Assembly (NCBI RefSeq): GCF_011745625.1
Contig: NW_027191462.1
Coordinates: forward strand, 620,001 to 652,071
Length of the DNA stretch: 32,071 nt
DNA from: Cladosporium halotolerans
Lineage: Eukaryota
Direction of reading: 5' to 3'
Shown here in pieces: positions 1-11,176 of the stretch. Positions within the stretch are counted from its first letter, which is position 1, and each line of letters begins with the position of its first letter. Both the position numbers and the translations under genes were made by a program. Under the pieces are notes generated by a model. It had not been told where the DNA came from. It saw nothing but the letters and a program-made list of their open reading frames with translations, and ran no database searches.

Positions 1-657
1 CGCTCCTGCGGGGCGCCGGTCGAGGAAGGAAAAGACGCGTAAGTCGCGGCGGAGGAAGATCCGGGCGCGAGTTTGCAGGGCGGATGAGGCTGCGAAGGAG
101 GCGGGCGTGAAGTTCTGGTATTGCGAGATGCGATTTGCTCCGATGTGCAGGGAGGGAGTTTGTCGCGAGTATACTTCGCGGCGCCGTGCTAGGGACGGAT
201 CCTCGTGGTTGCGCGCGGTGCTGCTGCTGGGGCCGGCGGCTGGATGGCCGCCCCAGGGAACGTCGTTGCGCCTACGTCTTGCAGCCGCATGCGGACGAGC
301 ATCCAGTCGCTGAGTGGAATGAGTTTTCCGAGCGGCCTGTTGCTCGACGGTGTAGATCTTGTAATCATGCGGGGCGCGCCAGTCGTAGTGCACCTCTTTC
401 AGTTCTGCTTTGCACAGCGGACATGTCGTATGCTCTTGCAGCCATTGTACCAGGCATAAGAAGTCGAAGCTCAGGTGGTTGCAGGGCGCTGCCACGGCGC
501 GCTCTTGGATCGCCTCGAGGCAGATAGTGCAGGGCTCGGGCCCTGCATCGTTGCGTTTGCGTTTCAAGGCGGCGGCGGCCGCGGCGCCTCTTATTCGAAA
601 GTCATCCACGGGCGGCGGTTGCGTGTTGTTCAGCCCATCATTCTCTTTGGTGTCCAT
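1..657 (-). CDS. RING-finger E3 ubiquitin ligase (fungal Topors-like family), 3'-partial (runs off the window)
   Basis: Absent from the ORF track (no stop in the window). Manual translation from ATG 657: MDTKEND...LKRKRNDAGPEP-CTICLEAIQERAVAAPCNHLSFDFLCLVQWLQEHTTCPLC-KAELKEVHYDW...EDPSLARRREVY...SLHIGANRISQY...RARIFLRRDLRVFSFL. Open for 219 codons to base 1; RING at 531..412. Confidence 0.85.
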   Translation of the reverse strand, partial: MDTKENDGLNNTQPPPVDDFRIRGAAAAAALKRKRNDAGPEPCTICLEAIQERAVAAPCNHLSFDFLCLVQWLQEHTTCPLCKAELKEVHYDWRAPHDYKIYTVEQQAARKTHSTQRLDARPHAAARRRRNDVPWGGHPAAGPSSSTARNHEDPSLARRREVYSRQTPSLHIGANRISQYQNFTPASFAASSALQTRARIFLRRDLRVFSFLDRRPAGA

Positions 658-975
658 CCACTGTGAGGCATGCTCTGGTTGTGGTGATCGATGTTCTCCC
701 AAGGCTGCGACGAATATTCAAGTTGATGATTGTTGGAAGCGGCTGTGCCACGACTTTTGCCACGGCTAGTCTCGTACGTCACCTTCACATTGCGCGAGTG
801 TGACCTCTTTTGAGGATAAATAATAACCAAGTCAGATAACTTGAATTGTTTACTTGCTGAACCTCATTAGAGAGATGGTTACTAATTGAGAGATATGAAA
901 TATTACAAGCTCTACATACGACATCGCCAATCACCGCAAGCAGATTCTTGACGAATATCTTACATCCCGCTTCCT

Positions 976-3900
976 TCAAGCGAAATATCTCGGCTCGTCA
1001 AAGACGTGATATCTGTGGCCCCTGACGCCCTGGCCCTTGAAAAGCGCAGGGAAGCGCAAGTCCTCAGGTACCTGGTCTTCAGAAATGATATCGTCAGTGC
1101 CCTCGGGTTGACCGACGACAAACTTGCCGACCTGCAGATCTCTTGTTAGTATCATGCCTTTGTTTACGACCTCAGATGATGGAACACATACCTGAAGTTC
1201 AGTATCGGTGATGGTCGACCGCGAAATGCGGGCATAACCAGCGCGGCGCATGCCCTTGTACAAGATGTACTCGCACCATCTGTCCCAGTCGCTGGGGTCG
1301 ATGTCGCGCATGCCACTGCGCGGGCTGACCCATCCGTTGTAGTTGCCCTGCTTGGGCTTCGTAACCAGGTACGAGAGGAGGATGCTGGGGCGAGATGAGG
1401 AGCCCATGAGAGCGGTCAGATACTCCATCTGCAGCTGCCTATCCTCTGGGTCTTCTTCCTGGCCAGAGTGGAAGACGTAGACATCGATGAGCTCGTCATA
1501 AGCCAGAATCGTGGCTGCGATTGCGGGAGCGAGCTCGCCGTGCGGTGAGGGCAGCAGGTGATGCGTTGAGTTCATGATGGGGAACTTGGACAGGAGAGCG
1601 CAGCCCCAGGTGTGCTTGTTGGGGCCAGGGCCGGCATCGACGTACATGCCGAGCTGCTCGGCGAGGTACTGGGTTGAATCGCGGTTGCCCATGATGATGC
1701 GCTGCTGGTCGCTTTCAAGCAGACCGATGATGTCCAGCTCGGATTCCCGAATGAGGGACTCCATGCGTTTCTCAGACGACCACATGTCATTGTCGAGACT
1801 GAAGTGAATAGTCCAGATGCCAGCATTGAGGGACTTGGATTCTGGGTGGTAAGGAGTGTAGTCGTACGACGGGAAGCGAAGATAAGCAACCGCCATGCTG
1901 ACTAGCTGGAGGGCGAGCAGGATGTAGATGTAGTAGCTTCGCTGCTTTCGCGCTGCCGGGTTGGGCGGCGGCCTCATGCTCTTCTGGCGCTTCGGGGCAT
2001 TGTCTTGGAGCGCATTGAAGACGCCACACCCAATCATGAGCATCGTGGTCGCCATGACCCAGTCAGTGTGTTCGCGGACCAAGGGGCCGCCGGGCACGAA
2101 CGCGTAGGCAACAACCCAGACGTGGAAGAGAACCATGATGTTGTACATGAAGAAACCAAAGAAGAAAGTGCGGCCGGGCGGGTATCGAACAGCGTTGGCA
2201 ATCATGGCTGGCGTGAGAGCCATCATGTAGAAAGTAAGCGTTAGACCGCCGTAGTATCCGGTCCAATTTGAGAACAATGTCAGCAGAGCAGCGCCAACAG
2301 ACCCGATACCAAAAGCAGTCCAGCTGCGGGTCAGATTAGGGTAGAAAAGACCGAAAAGAAGGCCAATTCCCATGGTGAGAATAGTCCAAGCTCCGTGGGG
2401 GACGGCAAGCGGTCCACGTACGGGATAGCCTTCCCAAACCCACATGATCATTGTACTCGAGTCGGAGAGCAGCGAATGGAGGCCAAAGAGGAGACCTGCC
2501 AGACCGAGGCCTGCAAGTGCAGACGACCCCTTCGGTTTCTCGACACCCTGCGAGACATCGCCGTTACCGACCTGTCTCCGGGAGACCCTTGCGATGGCAA
2601 GAACAAAAAGCAGAATGCCAGTCTTGTTCCAACCTCCATTGGCCTCATGCATAATGGGCCAGAAGGGGTTGTTGGTCTGGAACGCGAACTTGGCAACGCT
2701 GCTGGCAATTAATCCGATAGTCCACGCCATGATCCTCGCCTCCAGTCTTGTGGCGTTGCCGCGTTCAGAGCACCAAATGGCAGACCAAGCCAGGCAACTC
2801 ATCCACACGCTGAAGCTGATTGCACCGAGCCTACCGACAGGAGTACTGAAAAGGTACGCACCCATGCCCACAACCGTAGTACCAAGAGTCAGAGCTGAGT
2901 AGCGAGTGATGAATTTCCTGAGAGGTCCGATGCCGAGAAGGAAAGGCGAGACAGTAGACATCACAGCAACTTCGAAGCCAGAGATGCCCATGTACCAAAG
3001 CGGGAAATACCAAACGGCAACACCGAGACCGGTCAGAATTGTCCAGAAAGAAAGCTAAACATTGTCAGTAGAGTAGAAGAACCACGGAAGGCAGAAGACG
3101 TACACCAAGGTACACATCAGCCACAGCATCGAGCAGTGCTGCCCAAGAGAAACGGTGATCGAACACCTGGCCAATCGGCTTGTCCTTCTCCTTCTCGAGA
3201 ACGGCGTCGGAGATACGCTGGTTGTCCCTGCTACATGTAAGCAAAGGCCAACGGAATTCAAGCCTAACCACAGGGAGCGGGCCCTCGTACCAGCTACTTC
3301 GGAAGCCGCAGAACGTACCCTCTGCTTAGACCTTTGACATCCTTTACGACAATCTCAAAGCTGCTGAAGTCCAGGGCGGTCACCGCGTCGAAAGCGACGT
3401 CCAGAAGGACCAGGGACCATTCAAAGAAAGCGTAAATAGTGTACGCGCCAGGTACGCGGTGGACCTTGTGCTGAATGAAGAAGTAGACCAGTGGGACCAA
3501 AGTGCCGAAGAAGGCACTCGCCAGGTACTTTCTCAGCTTGATAGCCCTCGGGTTCGGCGGGCTAAGAGCCAAACATCCGATTGTCCATGGTAGCGTAGCG
3601 ACCAAGTAGCTAATCATGAAGATATCATGCCAGTCATGGTCGTCGGTGCTCGTAACGTATGTCCAGCCGCCGCATGTCAATGTCCTGAACACTCCCACTC
3701 CTGCAACGAATTTCGGAAGAGAGCTACCAGGGCGGTTGCTCAAACAGTAGAAGAGGAAGACCAGCAAGAATCGCGGGCCAGAACAGATTGCGATGAAGAC
3801 CTGGAAGACCGAACGTTCCGGATAGCGATCGCCAATGGTAGCGCTGACGGACGGAAACCACTCGATGGGATAGCCGAAGTGCTCGTTCTGAACGATCTTG

Positions 3901-4086
3901 TGGTAGTGGAGGGCCAGACCAACAATGAGAGCCCCGACGAAAGCTGCGTAGGCGGACGCTGTGTGGAAGTGCGTGATCCATTGACCGGGCACCTGGAGGG
4001 TCGTTAGGTCTTTGTCGCGTGGCTCTTTGGGATCTGCGCGAGCTTACAGTTGCAACGACGTCACCGTCGCGGTGTTTAGGCGCCAT
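976..4086 (-). CDS. CWH43: CWH43 (Frag1/PGAP2-like N-terminus plus multi-TM and endonuclease/phosphatase-like C-terminus; GPI lipid remodelling), ~951 aa, 5 exons
   Basis: Exons 4086-4048, 3992-3319, 3227-3104, 3054-1192, 1131-976 joined by GT..AG introns. Motifs YPIEWFPSVSATIGDRYPERS, YVTSTDDHDWHDIFM, GLLESDQQRIIMGNRD, GPNKHTWGCALLSKFPI, HSGQEEDPEDR, DWDRWCEYILY, GHRYHVFDEPRYF. Confidence 0.93.
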
Positions 4087-4419
4087 TGTGGCTTTCTAAG
4101 GCCGCTAGCCCAACAGATACAAAAGGAACGACAAGAAGAGAGTGATGTGACGCGGTGGCAGCTCCAACAGGGGAGAGACTCGAGCAGATGGGACGCGGAG
4201 CTTCTGGCGACTTCGCGATCAGCGAGTCTCTCCTGGAACGCCAACAGGGTCCGGCCGCAGCCGAAAGAGCCGAGGCCGCTTCTGCATCACGAAAGCCTTG
4301 GGCAGCAGTGACATGACATCGACGACACTCGATCTGGAAGAGATAGAAAAGCAGGCAGCAATCATGTATTCAACTGTAGATCTATAGACCATTCACTCTA
4401 CATCAAAACCTGTCTATAA

Positions 4420-4895
4420 ATGCTTCATCGACCCGTTCATTCCACCACTCTTATCGCCAAACGGTCCGAACTATCATCGTCTATCATACCCAGATCACAA
4501 ACCCGGACAATGGCATCCAACCCAGCGCGCTACAAGCTAGTTTTCTTCAGCCCTCTTCCCAATCTAGCAGATATCAAAACTGCAGTTTTCGCCACGGGTG
4601 CCGGCACATATCCCAATTACAGCGAGTGCTGCTTCACCACTCCTGGAGTCGGCCAGTTCCGACCTGGTGACAGCGCCAATCCAACCATCGGTGCCAAGGG
4701 CCAGTTGGAGGAGGTAGGCGAGGCCAGGTGTGAGATGGTTTGCAATGGAAGGGAGATTACCGAGAAGGCTGTCGCTGCTCTGAAGAAGTAAGTCCACCAT
4801 GGCAGGTCGCAGTGAACCAAGCTAACATCATGAACTCTAGGGCACATCCATACGAGGAGCCGGCGTATGAAGTGTATAAGCTCGAGGATTTCTAG
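4420..4895 (+). CDS. Stand-alone NIF3/YqfO-type PII-like domain protein; 110 aa from ATG 4510 or 140 aa from ATG 4420
   Basis: Exons 4420(or 4510)-4787 and 4841-4895; intron GTAAGT..GCTAAC..TAG. Motifs YKLVFF, GAGTYPNYSECCF, GQFRPGDSANPTIG and spliced C-terminus KAHPYEEPAYEVYKLEDF*. Confidence 0.85.
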
Positions 4896-5243
4896 ATGGG
4901 ATGGTCTCACGAGTAACAGTGCTACGTTCTAGCGTAAATAAGCGATGACAGCTGGCGACATGTAAAATCCTAATCGATCAATGTAATCTTAAGAGCTGTC
5001 AACTTCCGTGAACGTGAACTATTGTTTGTCAAATTCGGGATATCGCATCATACATGAAATAAATTAGGATGGAACAGAGGATGCTTGGGGACAGACCCCG
5101 TGAAATGGAAATCGTTGTCGTTCAATACGTACGCTGCCCCGGCGCACCGCAATGCATCTATCATCATGCATAAGAGCCGTAACAACATGTCCGACCTTGC
5201 GATATCCCAAGGTCGGGTGCAATGCAATTGTAATGACAATCGC

Positions 5244-6025
5244 TTACTTTCCACCCTTCTTCTTGCCGCCCCGTGCGGCCTTCATCGCCTGCTGCCTCTC
5301 GAGTCTCTCCATCTGCGCCTTCTTCTCCTTGTCGATCTCCTCGCGCTCGGCCTTCTCGGCCTCTTTGCGTGCAGCGGCCTCAGCACGCTGCTCGCGGACG
5401 AGCTTCAGACGCTCGAGATCCGCCCTGGCCTCGTCTGTCTTGCCCTCGGCGTGCAGTTTCTGGTAACGCTCCTTGGCTTGCTGGGCCTGCAGTGCCTCTC
5501 GCTCGCGGCGGGACAATTGCGATGGGTCGGTGACCTTCTTGGGCTTAGTGGGCTCCTTCGCCTTAGTCGGGTCGGCCATCTTGCGAGCCGAGGCTGTGTG
5601 GTTGGGGTTCGACGGCATGCCGTCGTCTTCGTCCTCTTCTTCATCGCTGCTGGGCGGCAGATCGCCGGGCTGCGCCGTGCCTTGCTTCTTCTTAATCGCG
5701 GCGTCCTTCTTCGCTTTGGCGGCCGCTCGGCGCTCCTCACGCGTCATCTCTTGCTCGTTCTTCTTGGGCGCCTCATCTTCTGAGGACTCCTCCTCAGAGC
5801 TCTCTTCCTCTGACGAGTCTTCAGAGCTATCATCCTCCTCCTGCACGGGATCGGCCCACATAGAGCTCTCTCCGCCGTCGGCATCGATGGGTCTGAGGTT
5901 CTTGGAAAATTGACGTCCACCTGTGAATGGGTCAGCATATACGGACGTGAAGATGGGGCTCGACACTTTGACGGACCACCACGCTTCGCCTTGAACTTTC
6001 CGGCACCACGGCCTCTGCTCGACAT
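5244..6025 (-). CDS. PDAP1/HASPP28 (PP28)-like heat- and acid-stable phosphoprotein, ~241 aa
   Basis: Exons 6025-5977 and 5920-5244 (intron GTCCGT..GCTGAC..CAG) give [27 protein letters not shown]. Acidic S/E tract and PP28 motif [44 protein letters not shown]. Confidence 0.85.
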
Positions 6026-7413
6026 GTTGTCTGTGTGAAGTGGTTTTTTGTTGGCGGGGTGTGCGGGGTCGTGGTCGATAAGGAAAATGGGATACTGGAG
6101 CGCAAACGGGTCGTTGGACGCTGGGGCTATGCGGTGCCAAGGTTGGAGAACAGGAGCAAGTGACGTCCGAAGAACAAGCAGGCAACCAAGGGTGGTGAAG
6201 GGCAGAAACCCACTACGGCGTCCTCACAGAAGAGTCACAAAGCAGGCGCTGTTCATTGGGTGTGACGCCAGCCCCACCGATTGTCAGCGGCCACCAGCGA
6301 AAGCGTTTGGTCACCAGCCGCCGCCGCCGCACGCACAGGCAGGAAAAAGGCGCGCGCGACAGGGAACGGCCCGCCGCGCGCCCGACTTCACTTTTCTACA
6401 CGTCCGAGTCGACGTTTGCCTCTCTTCCTTTTCTTCTCCATACATAAAACGTTATTCCTTCGTATTCACTCTATCTCCCTGACTAAGTGGGATGCCGGAG
6501 GGGAAAACGGAGGATAGAGCGAGCCTACCGCAAGCTTACCACCTCCCTTGAAAAGATATGTTCTAGGTTAGGCAAATATTTGTTAGCGGCACATTTTCTC
6601 GAGTCTAGATGTCTTGTCTGTAGGGCCTCGAGTCGATAACAATGGCTGACAGGCCTTGCTAGCGAAGCATGCGCGCTGTTCCATATGTCTGGCAACACGT
6701 CTCATTGTTCACTTGCACGTGATTTTGCGCTGGATGACCTCACATGTCTGGCCGAGACGCGTAGCAACGCGTATCACTTCGCACAAGGCATCGAGGCCGG
6801 GCATCGACTGGCAAGAGTAATCCCTTGAAGTCTCTAAGCCACTGATATAACCATAGCATACTCATTCACGCGGCCATGCCTAAAAGGAAGGTATTGTGCG
6901 ACAAGCCGAGCCAACTGCTGGGTCGGAGTCACAACCCTCACCATGATTGCGGCCTAGGGAGTGCGACGAACAGTTGGCTGTCACGCATGGGATGCGTTGC
7001 AGTGTGGCAGTGTTTGCTCTTGCGGTGAAAGCTAAGTGGCCTGCCTGGACATCTTTTGGAGCAATGGTGTGAGACCAGCGGTCCTCGAAGGTACCAACAC
7101 TTTTCTACGCCACCGCTGTGGCTTTGTGGATTCTTTCAAAAGACCATTGCGAGGTCTCATTGGGCGTCCTCATCTTCGAGTCGTGTCTGCAGTGAAGGTA
7201 GGTCCTGGGCGGAAGGTGAAAGCACCAAGCTGCATTCACTTTCCTGTGCGGTTGCCATGTCAGATCGCGCTCTTTCCCGGGATAACCAGCTCGCTCAAAC
7301 CTTCCGACAACCACAACACTCACCACACTCAACACGCAAGTCGAGGCCTCATCCTATTCCTGCGTGCCTTCTTGTCACTACCAAAAGATCATCACGTATA
7401 CCCTAAGAATAAA

Positions 7414-8388
7414 ATGTTCTCGACTTTCTCTGGGTCGCTCGCTGTCCGGTTTCACCGGCGCCTCGCCGAATCCTACGCCAACGGCCACAACACCGATATC
7501 AAAATCATCTGCAAAGGGCGCGAGTTCCCCGCCATCAAGTTTGTCCTGTGCGTTCAGTCCGACGTGTTTGCTAAGATGTTCGCTGGAGACTTCAAAGTAA
7601 GTATCAGGATACTCGGTCGTTTAGAGGGCCAACAAGACAGCAACTCACGTATATTACAGGAGTCTCGCGACGGGGTCGCAGAACTGAAGGACGAAGATCC
7701 AGAAACCATCGAGAAGCTGCTCGACTTCTGCCACACCCTCGGGTATAAGCTTGCGCCCGAAAGCAAGGACTCCCTTGGCCCCATTACCCGCCACATGCGC
7801 ATCTACATCGCCGGGGACAAGTACATGATACCCGAACTTCGCGACATGGCGATGAAGAACATCCGCGCCGCTTGCCTCGCTGGGTGGAGGAAGCCTGTGT
7901 TCGCGGAAGCAATCGAGGAAGCCTACCTGCAGACTGATTACCCGATATTCCAGGATATCGTCTTGGCCGTGGCTGTAGCCGCGTACGACGCTTACGTCGC
8001 CAATCGTGAAGAGTACAAGGCCTTCTGGGAGGCGACGCTGGAGGTGCCTGGCTTCGCCCGCGACATGCTGTTGAAACTTCCTGGTTCGCGCTCTACATTC
8101 GCCAATCGCCGCTACATCTGCCCGACATGCTCCGAGGCGCTGAACCTCTGCCTCGCTCCAGACGCTACTTACGAACATAATTGCAACAAGAAGCCTTTCA
8201 CCCTTGCCGGCACCAGGACTTTGACTCAGCAGATGTGCCAGGATCTGTTCATCAATGTGAATGGCGATTTGGTAGGCGGCCTCTCGCTCGGCTTCCAAAT
8301 TGACGAGATGCCGAAGCCTTCGAAGGCACTTAAGCCTCTATTCGGTAAAATTGAAGGCCGCAATGTCTTCGGGATCTCGCCAAAGTGA
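7414..8388 (+). CDS. BTB/POZ domain protein (lineage-expanded fungal type), ~303 aa
   Basis: ATG 7414; exons 7414-7596 and 7660-8388. BTB signature TDIKIICKGREFPAIKFVLCVQSDVFAKMFAGDFK|ESRDGVAELKDEDPETIEKLLDFCHTLGY and YIAGDKYMIPELR. The track's 7036 start is a GTG extension with no support. Confidence 0.8.
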   Translation: MFSTFSGSLAVRFHRRLAESYANGHNTDIKIICKGREFPAIKFVLCVQSDVFAKMFAGDFKVSIRILGRLEGQQDSNSRILQESRDGVAELKDEDPETIEKLLDFCHTLGYKLAPESKDSLGPITRHMRIYIAGDKYMIPELRDMAMKNIRAACLAGWRKPVFAEAIEEAYLQTDYPIFQDIVLAVAVAAYDAYVANREEYKAFWEATLEVPGFARDMLLKLPGSRSTFANRRYICPTCSEALNLCLAPDATYEHNCNKKPFTLAGTRTLTQQMCQDLFINVNGDLVGGLSLGFQIDEMPKPSKALKPLFGKIEGRNVFGISPK

Positions 8389-8778
8389 GCAGCTTCTGAA
8401 GTCGAGTTTGCTGTTGCAGAACAAGCAGAACATGGTCGCTTACTCTGCTGCTAGACCAGATCTGACGACTTCCGTTTCAGCGTCAAACGGGCAGTTGATC
8501 ATTGCAAACATGTCTGAGGGGCACTCGGCACGGCTTTCTTTTCCTGTGACTACGGTTCCGAGATTCACTGCGAGATTATACTCGTATGGAGAAGTTGTAG
8601 TGCATTTTGTAACGTATCTTGCGTTTCTGGTAATTCTGTTTGTCCTGACTATCCTGTGCGCGCTCGGCGGCATATTCGGGCTTGCACTTGTCTTGGCTGT
8701 CTTGAGGGTAATCAGATAGTACGATTCATTCTCCCCCAGATCATTCAGTAGAGTCCAGGTTATGCTCCAGTCCTTTCC

Positions 8779-9625
8779 CTAAGGCTTCCTATCCCCATGA
8801 AACTCATTCCACTGCCCGTCCAAGTCCGCAGCATTGTTCATGGCAGTAGCAACAACCTCATCCAGCTTCGTGACAATCTCCGTCGGCCGACCCTTTTCAC
8901 CCTCGACGAGCCCATCCTCCCAACCCCTCTGCTCTTTGCGGTTGACCCAGATGGCGTTCAGCCCATACGCCCGTGCGCCGACGATGTCAAAGGGGTTCCC
9001 GCTCACAAGCCAGACGTTGGCCAGGTCGTTCTCCATTCCCACCCTCTCCACAAGATGCTTGTACGTCTCCGGCGCAGGCTTGAACCTCTTGACTTCTTCG
9101 ACCGTCACGATGTCCTCGAAGACGTCCGCGTACGCTTTCAGGTCCGGCGACTTGGTCACGCTGTTCGACACCATGGGCTGCGTGCCGTTCGAGAAGACGA
9201 CGACGCGGACGTCGGGCGTCGAGCGCAGCTTCTCGCAGGTCTTGGCCACGTCGGGGAAGATGGAGAGCGAGTCGTAGGCTTGAAGGAGGGCTTGGAGGTC
9301 TTTCTCTTCAAGGGACACGGCGTTTTCGGCCAGGGCGTTCTTGAGCGATTGCAAGGTAATGTACGAGAAGTCCTTGTATTGGCCTGGACAGGACAAATTT
9401 GGTCAGCCTTCTAGTTGGAAGCGTGTTGGGAACGGCTGGAAGATGCTTACCCATGCTGTTAAGACGCCATGTGTATTCGAGCTGATGCTTGCGCCATGCT
9501 GCTGCTATCGCGTCTGCCTTCTCTTGGCCGAAATGGCTGGCGAGCTTCTTCGCTATTGACTCAGTGGACAAGAGGGTACCGTAGGCATCGAAGGCCAGAA
9601 CGATTTTCTTGGGATTGGGAGTCAT
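8779..9625 (-). CDS. Haloacid dehalogenase type II (HAD superfamily), ~259 aa
   Basis: Exons 9625-9451 and 9383-8779. Motif I LAFDAYGTL, WRKHQLEYTWRLNSM, motif II VFSNG, FKPAPETY, LVSGNPFDIVGA. Confidence 0.9.
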
Positions 9626-10061
9626 TGTGCTGTTCGGAACGTATTGGTAGTAAGAATAGGGAAGGGAAGGGCGAAATATTTGTAGCTGGAGCGGGCAGAG
9701 CAGAGAATAAAGACCGAGACTTAGCTTCTCGAAACAAATGCAGATGTCAGGTCTATATTGCAGCCGAGGATGCCTGCACTTGGTGGTCAGAGTGTGGTAT
9801 TTGTGATGCTGTTTACTGGCTGGTGACGCCATTGACCCGTGAGATCTCCAGATTTCGCCCCAAGCTCTCAGCGGGGTTGTCTTTGATCAGCAGTGGCTTG
9901 ATCAAATTTGGAATCTGATCTCGTGCTGCCAAGTTCAAGGCCTAATGTACACTGTCGCTGGTCCTTTTAATCTTAATTGACTTTAATCGTTCAGGCGGCC
10001 ATTTGCGTTAACCACCGAGTTTCTTAGCCAAAGCCAGGACTCATCCGGTCCCTTCCAGCTC

Positions 10062-10904
10062 ATGATCTCACCGGAGGAGGAAACCAATTATGAGATATTT
10101 CGCGACTGTCTATCGACCGTCGTGATCGAGAAACTAGCACCAGCATCTTCGAAGCCGAAGAAACGAGTCAAAGGCCGTAAGAACGAGATCAAGCCAGTTG
10201 CAAGCGTGTCCAATGGCGGCGACGATGATGATGGGGAAACAGACGCAGCAGACCTGAGCGATTTCACCGAAGTACGCAACATCACCTGACTCCTGCCGTT
10301 CGTCCAGCACGCCACCCTCAGAGCTCCATCTAACAACATCTTCAAGTACCTGGCTAGCGAAACATTCCTCTCCCTCCCCGTGGAACTGCGCACAATATCC
10401 TACGCCACAATCCAAGATGACCCAACCCTCCTGGACAAATACTCCTCTCCCTCGGTCCCTGAACAACTCTCTAACATCCTCCCACCCACCATACCCGACT
10501 CTCTAACAACCTACAACCTCCTGCCCGCGCCCTCCGACCTCCCTGCCTTCTTAATGTCCATCTTGACCCCATACCTCGACACCGCCACCGCACCCTTGCC
10601 CTCGCAAACTCCTCAGTCTCGTGCCGACGCATGCGAGATTTGCGAGCGCGAGCACCTCCCGCTGACTTACCACCACTTGATTCCGCGCTCCACGCACGCG
10701 AAGGCTGTCAAGCGCGGCTGGCACGCGGACTGGGAGCTGGCGAATGTCGCGTGGCTTTGCAGGGCTTGCCATAGTTTCGTGCACCGGTTAGCGAGCAATG
10801 AGGAGTTGGCAAGGGAGCTGTTCAGTGTGGAGCTGTTGATGGAGAGGGAGGAAGTTGTTAAGTGGGCTGCTTGGGTCGGGAGGGTAAGGTGGAAGGCTAG
10901 GTAG
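10062..10904 (+). CDS. Zn-binding HNH endonuclease-like protein (YisB-like), ~255 aa
   Basis: Exons 10062-10271 and 10347-10904 (intron GTACGC..CTAAC..AAG). C-terminal CEIC...YHHLIPR...N.AWLCRACHSFVH motif. Confidence 0.8.
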
Positions 10905-11176
10905 GCGAGGGATGTTGTTAAATGGATCCGAATTGAGGGAAGGGAAGGTGAAGATGTATATAATATGCATTGAGAGCGCGCATTATAACGCTATGTGCAT
11001 GAACAGCAGAGACGATACTATCAAAAGCACGCACGCCCGGGCGCCGCGACTTCAATCCCAACCTTTTCCCAACGCCGTCGCTACCTTGTCTTTCTAGAAA
11101 TGGTTCATCAACAATCAATCTCGCAAAGCCAGATCTTCCATCCACGCACAATTCGCGGCATCATTCTTCTTCACGA

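Noticed and set aside
5085..5783. 232-aa Leu-rich plus-strand ORF
   Set aside because: Antisense shadow of the Lys/Glu-rich PDAP1-like gene; no family motif.
7036..7413. 126-aa N-terminal extension of the BTB ORF
   Set aside because: Starts at GTG and has UTR-like composition; the first ATG (7414) sits just before the BTB domain.
8432..8719. 95-aa ORF with a hydrophobic C-terminus between the BTB and HAD genes
   Set aside because: Starts 43 bp after the BTB stop in T-rich 3' UTR space with no room for a promoter; splicing from the GTGAGC at the BTB stop does not join this frame.
8797..9414. 205-aa plus-strand ORF
   Set aside because: Antisense shadow of HAD exon 2.
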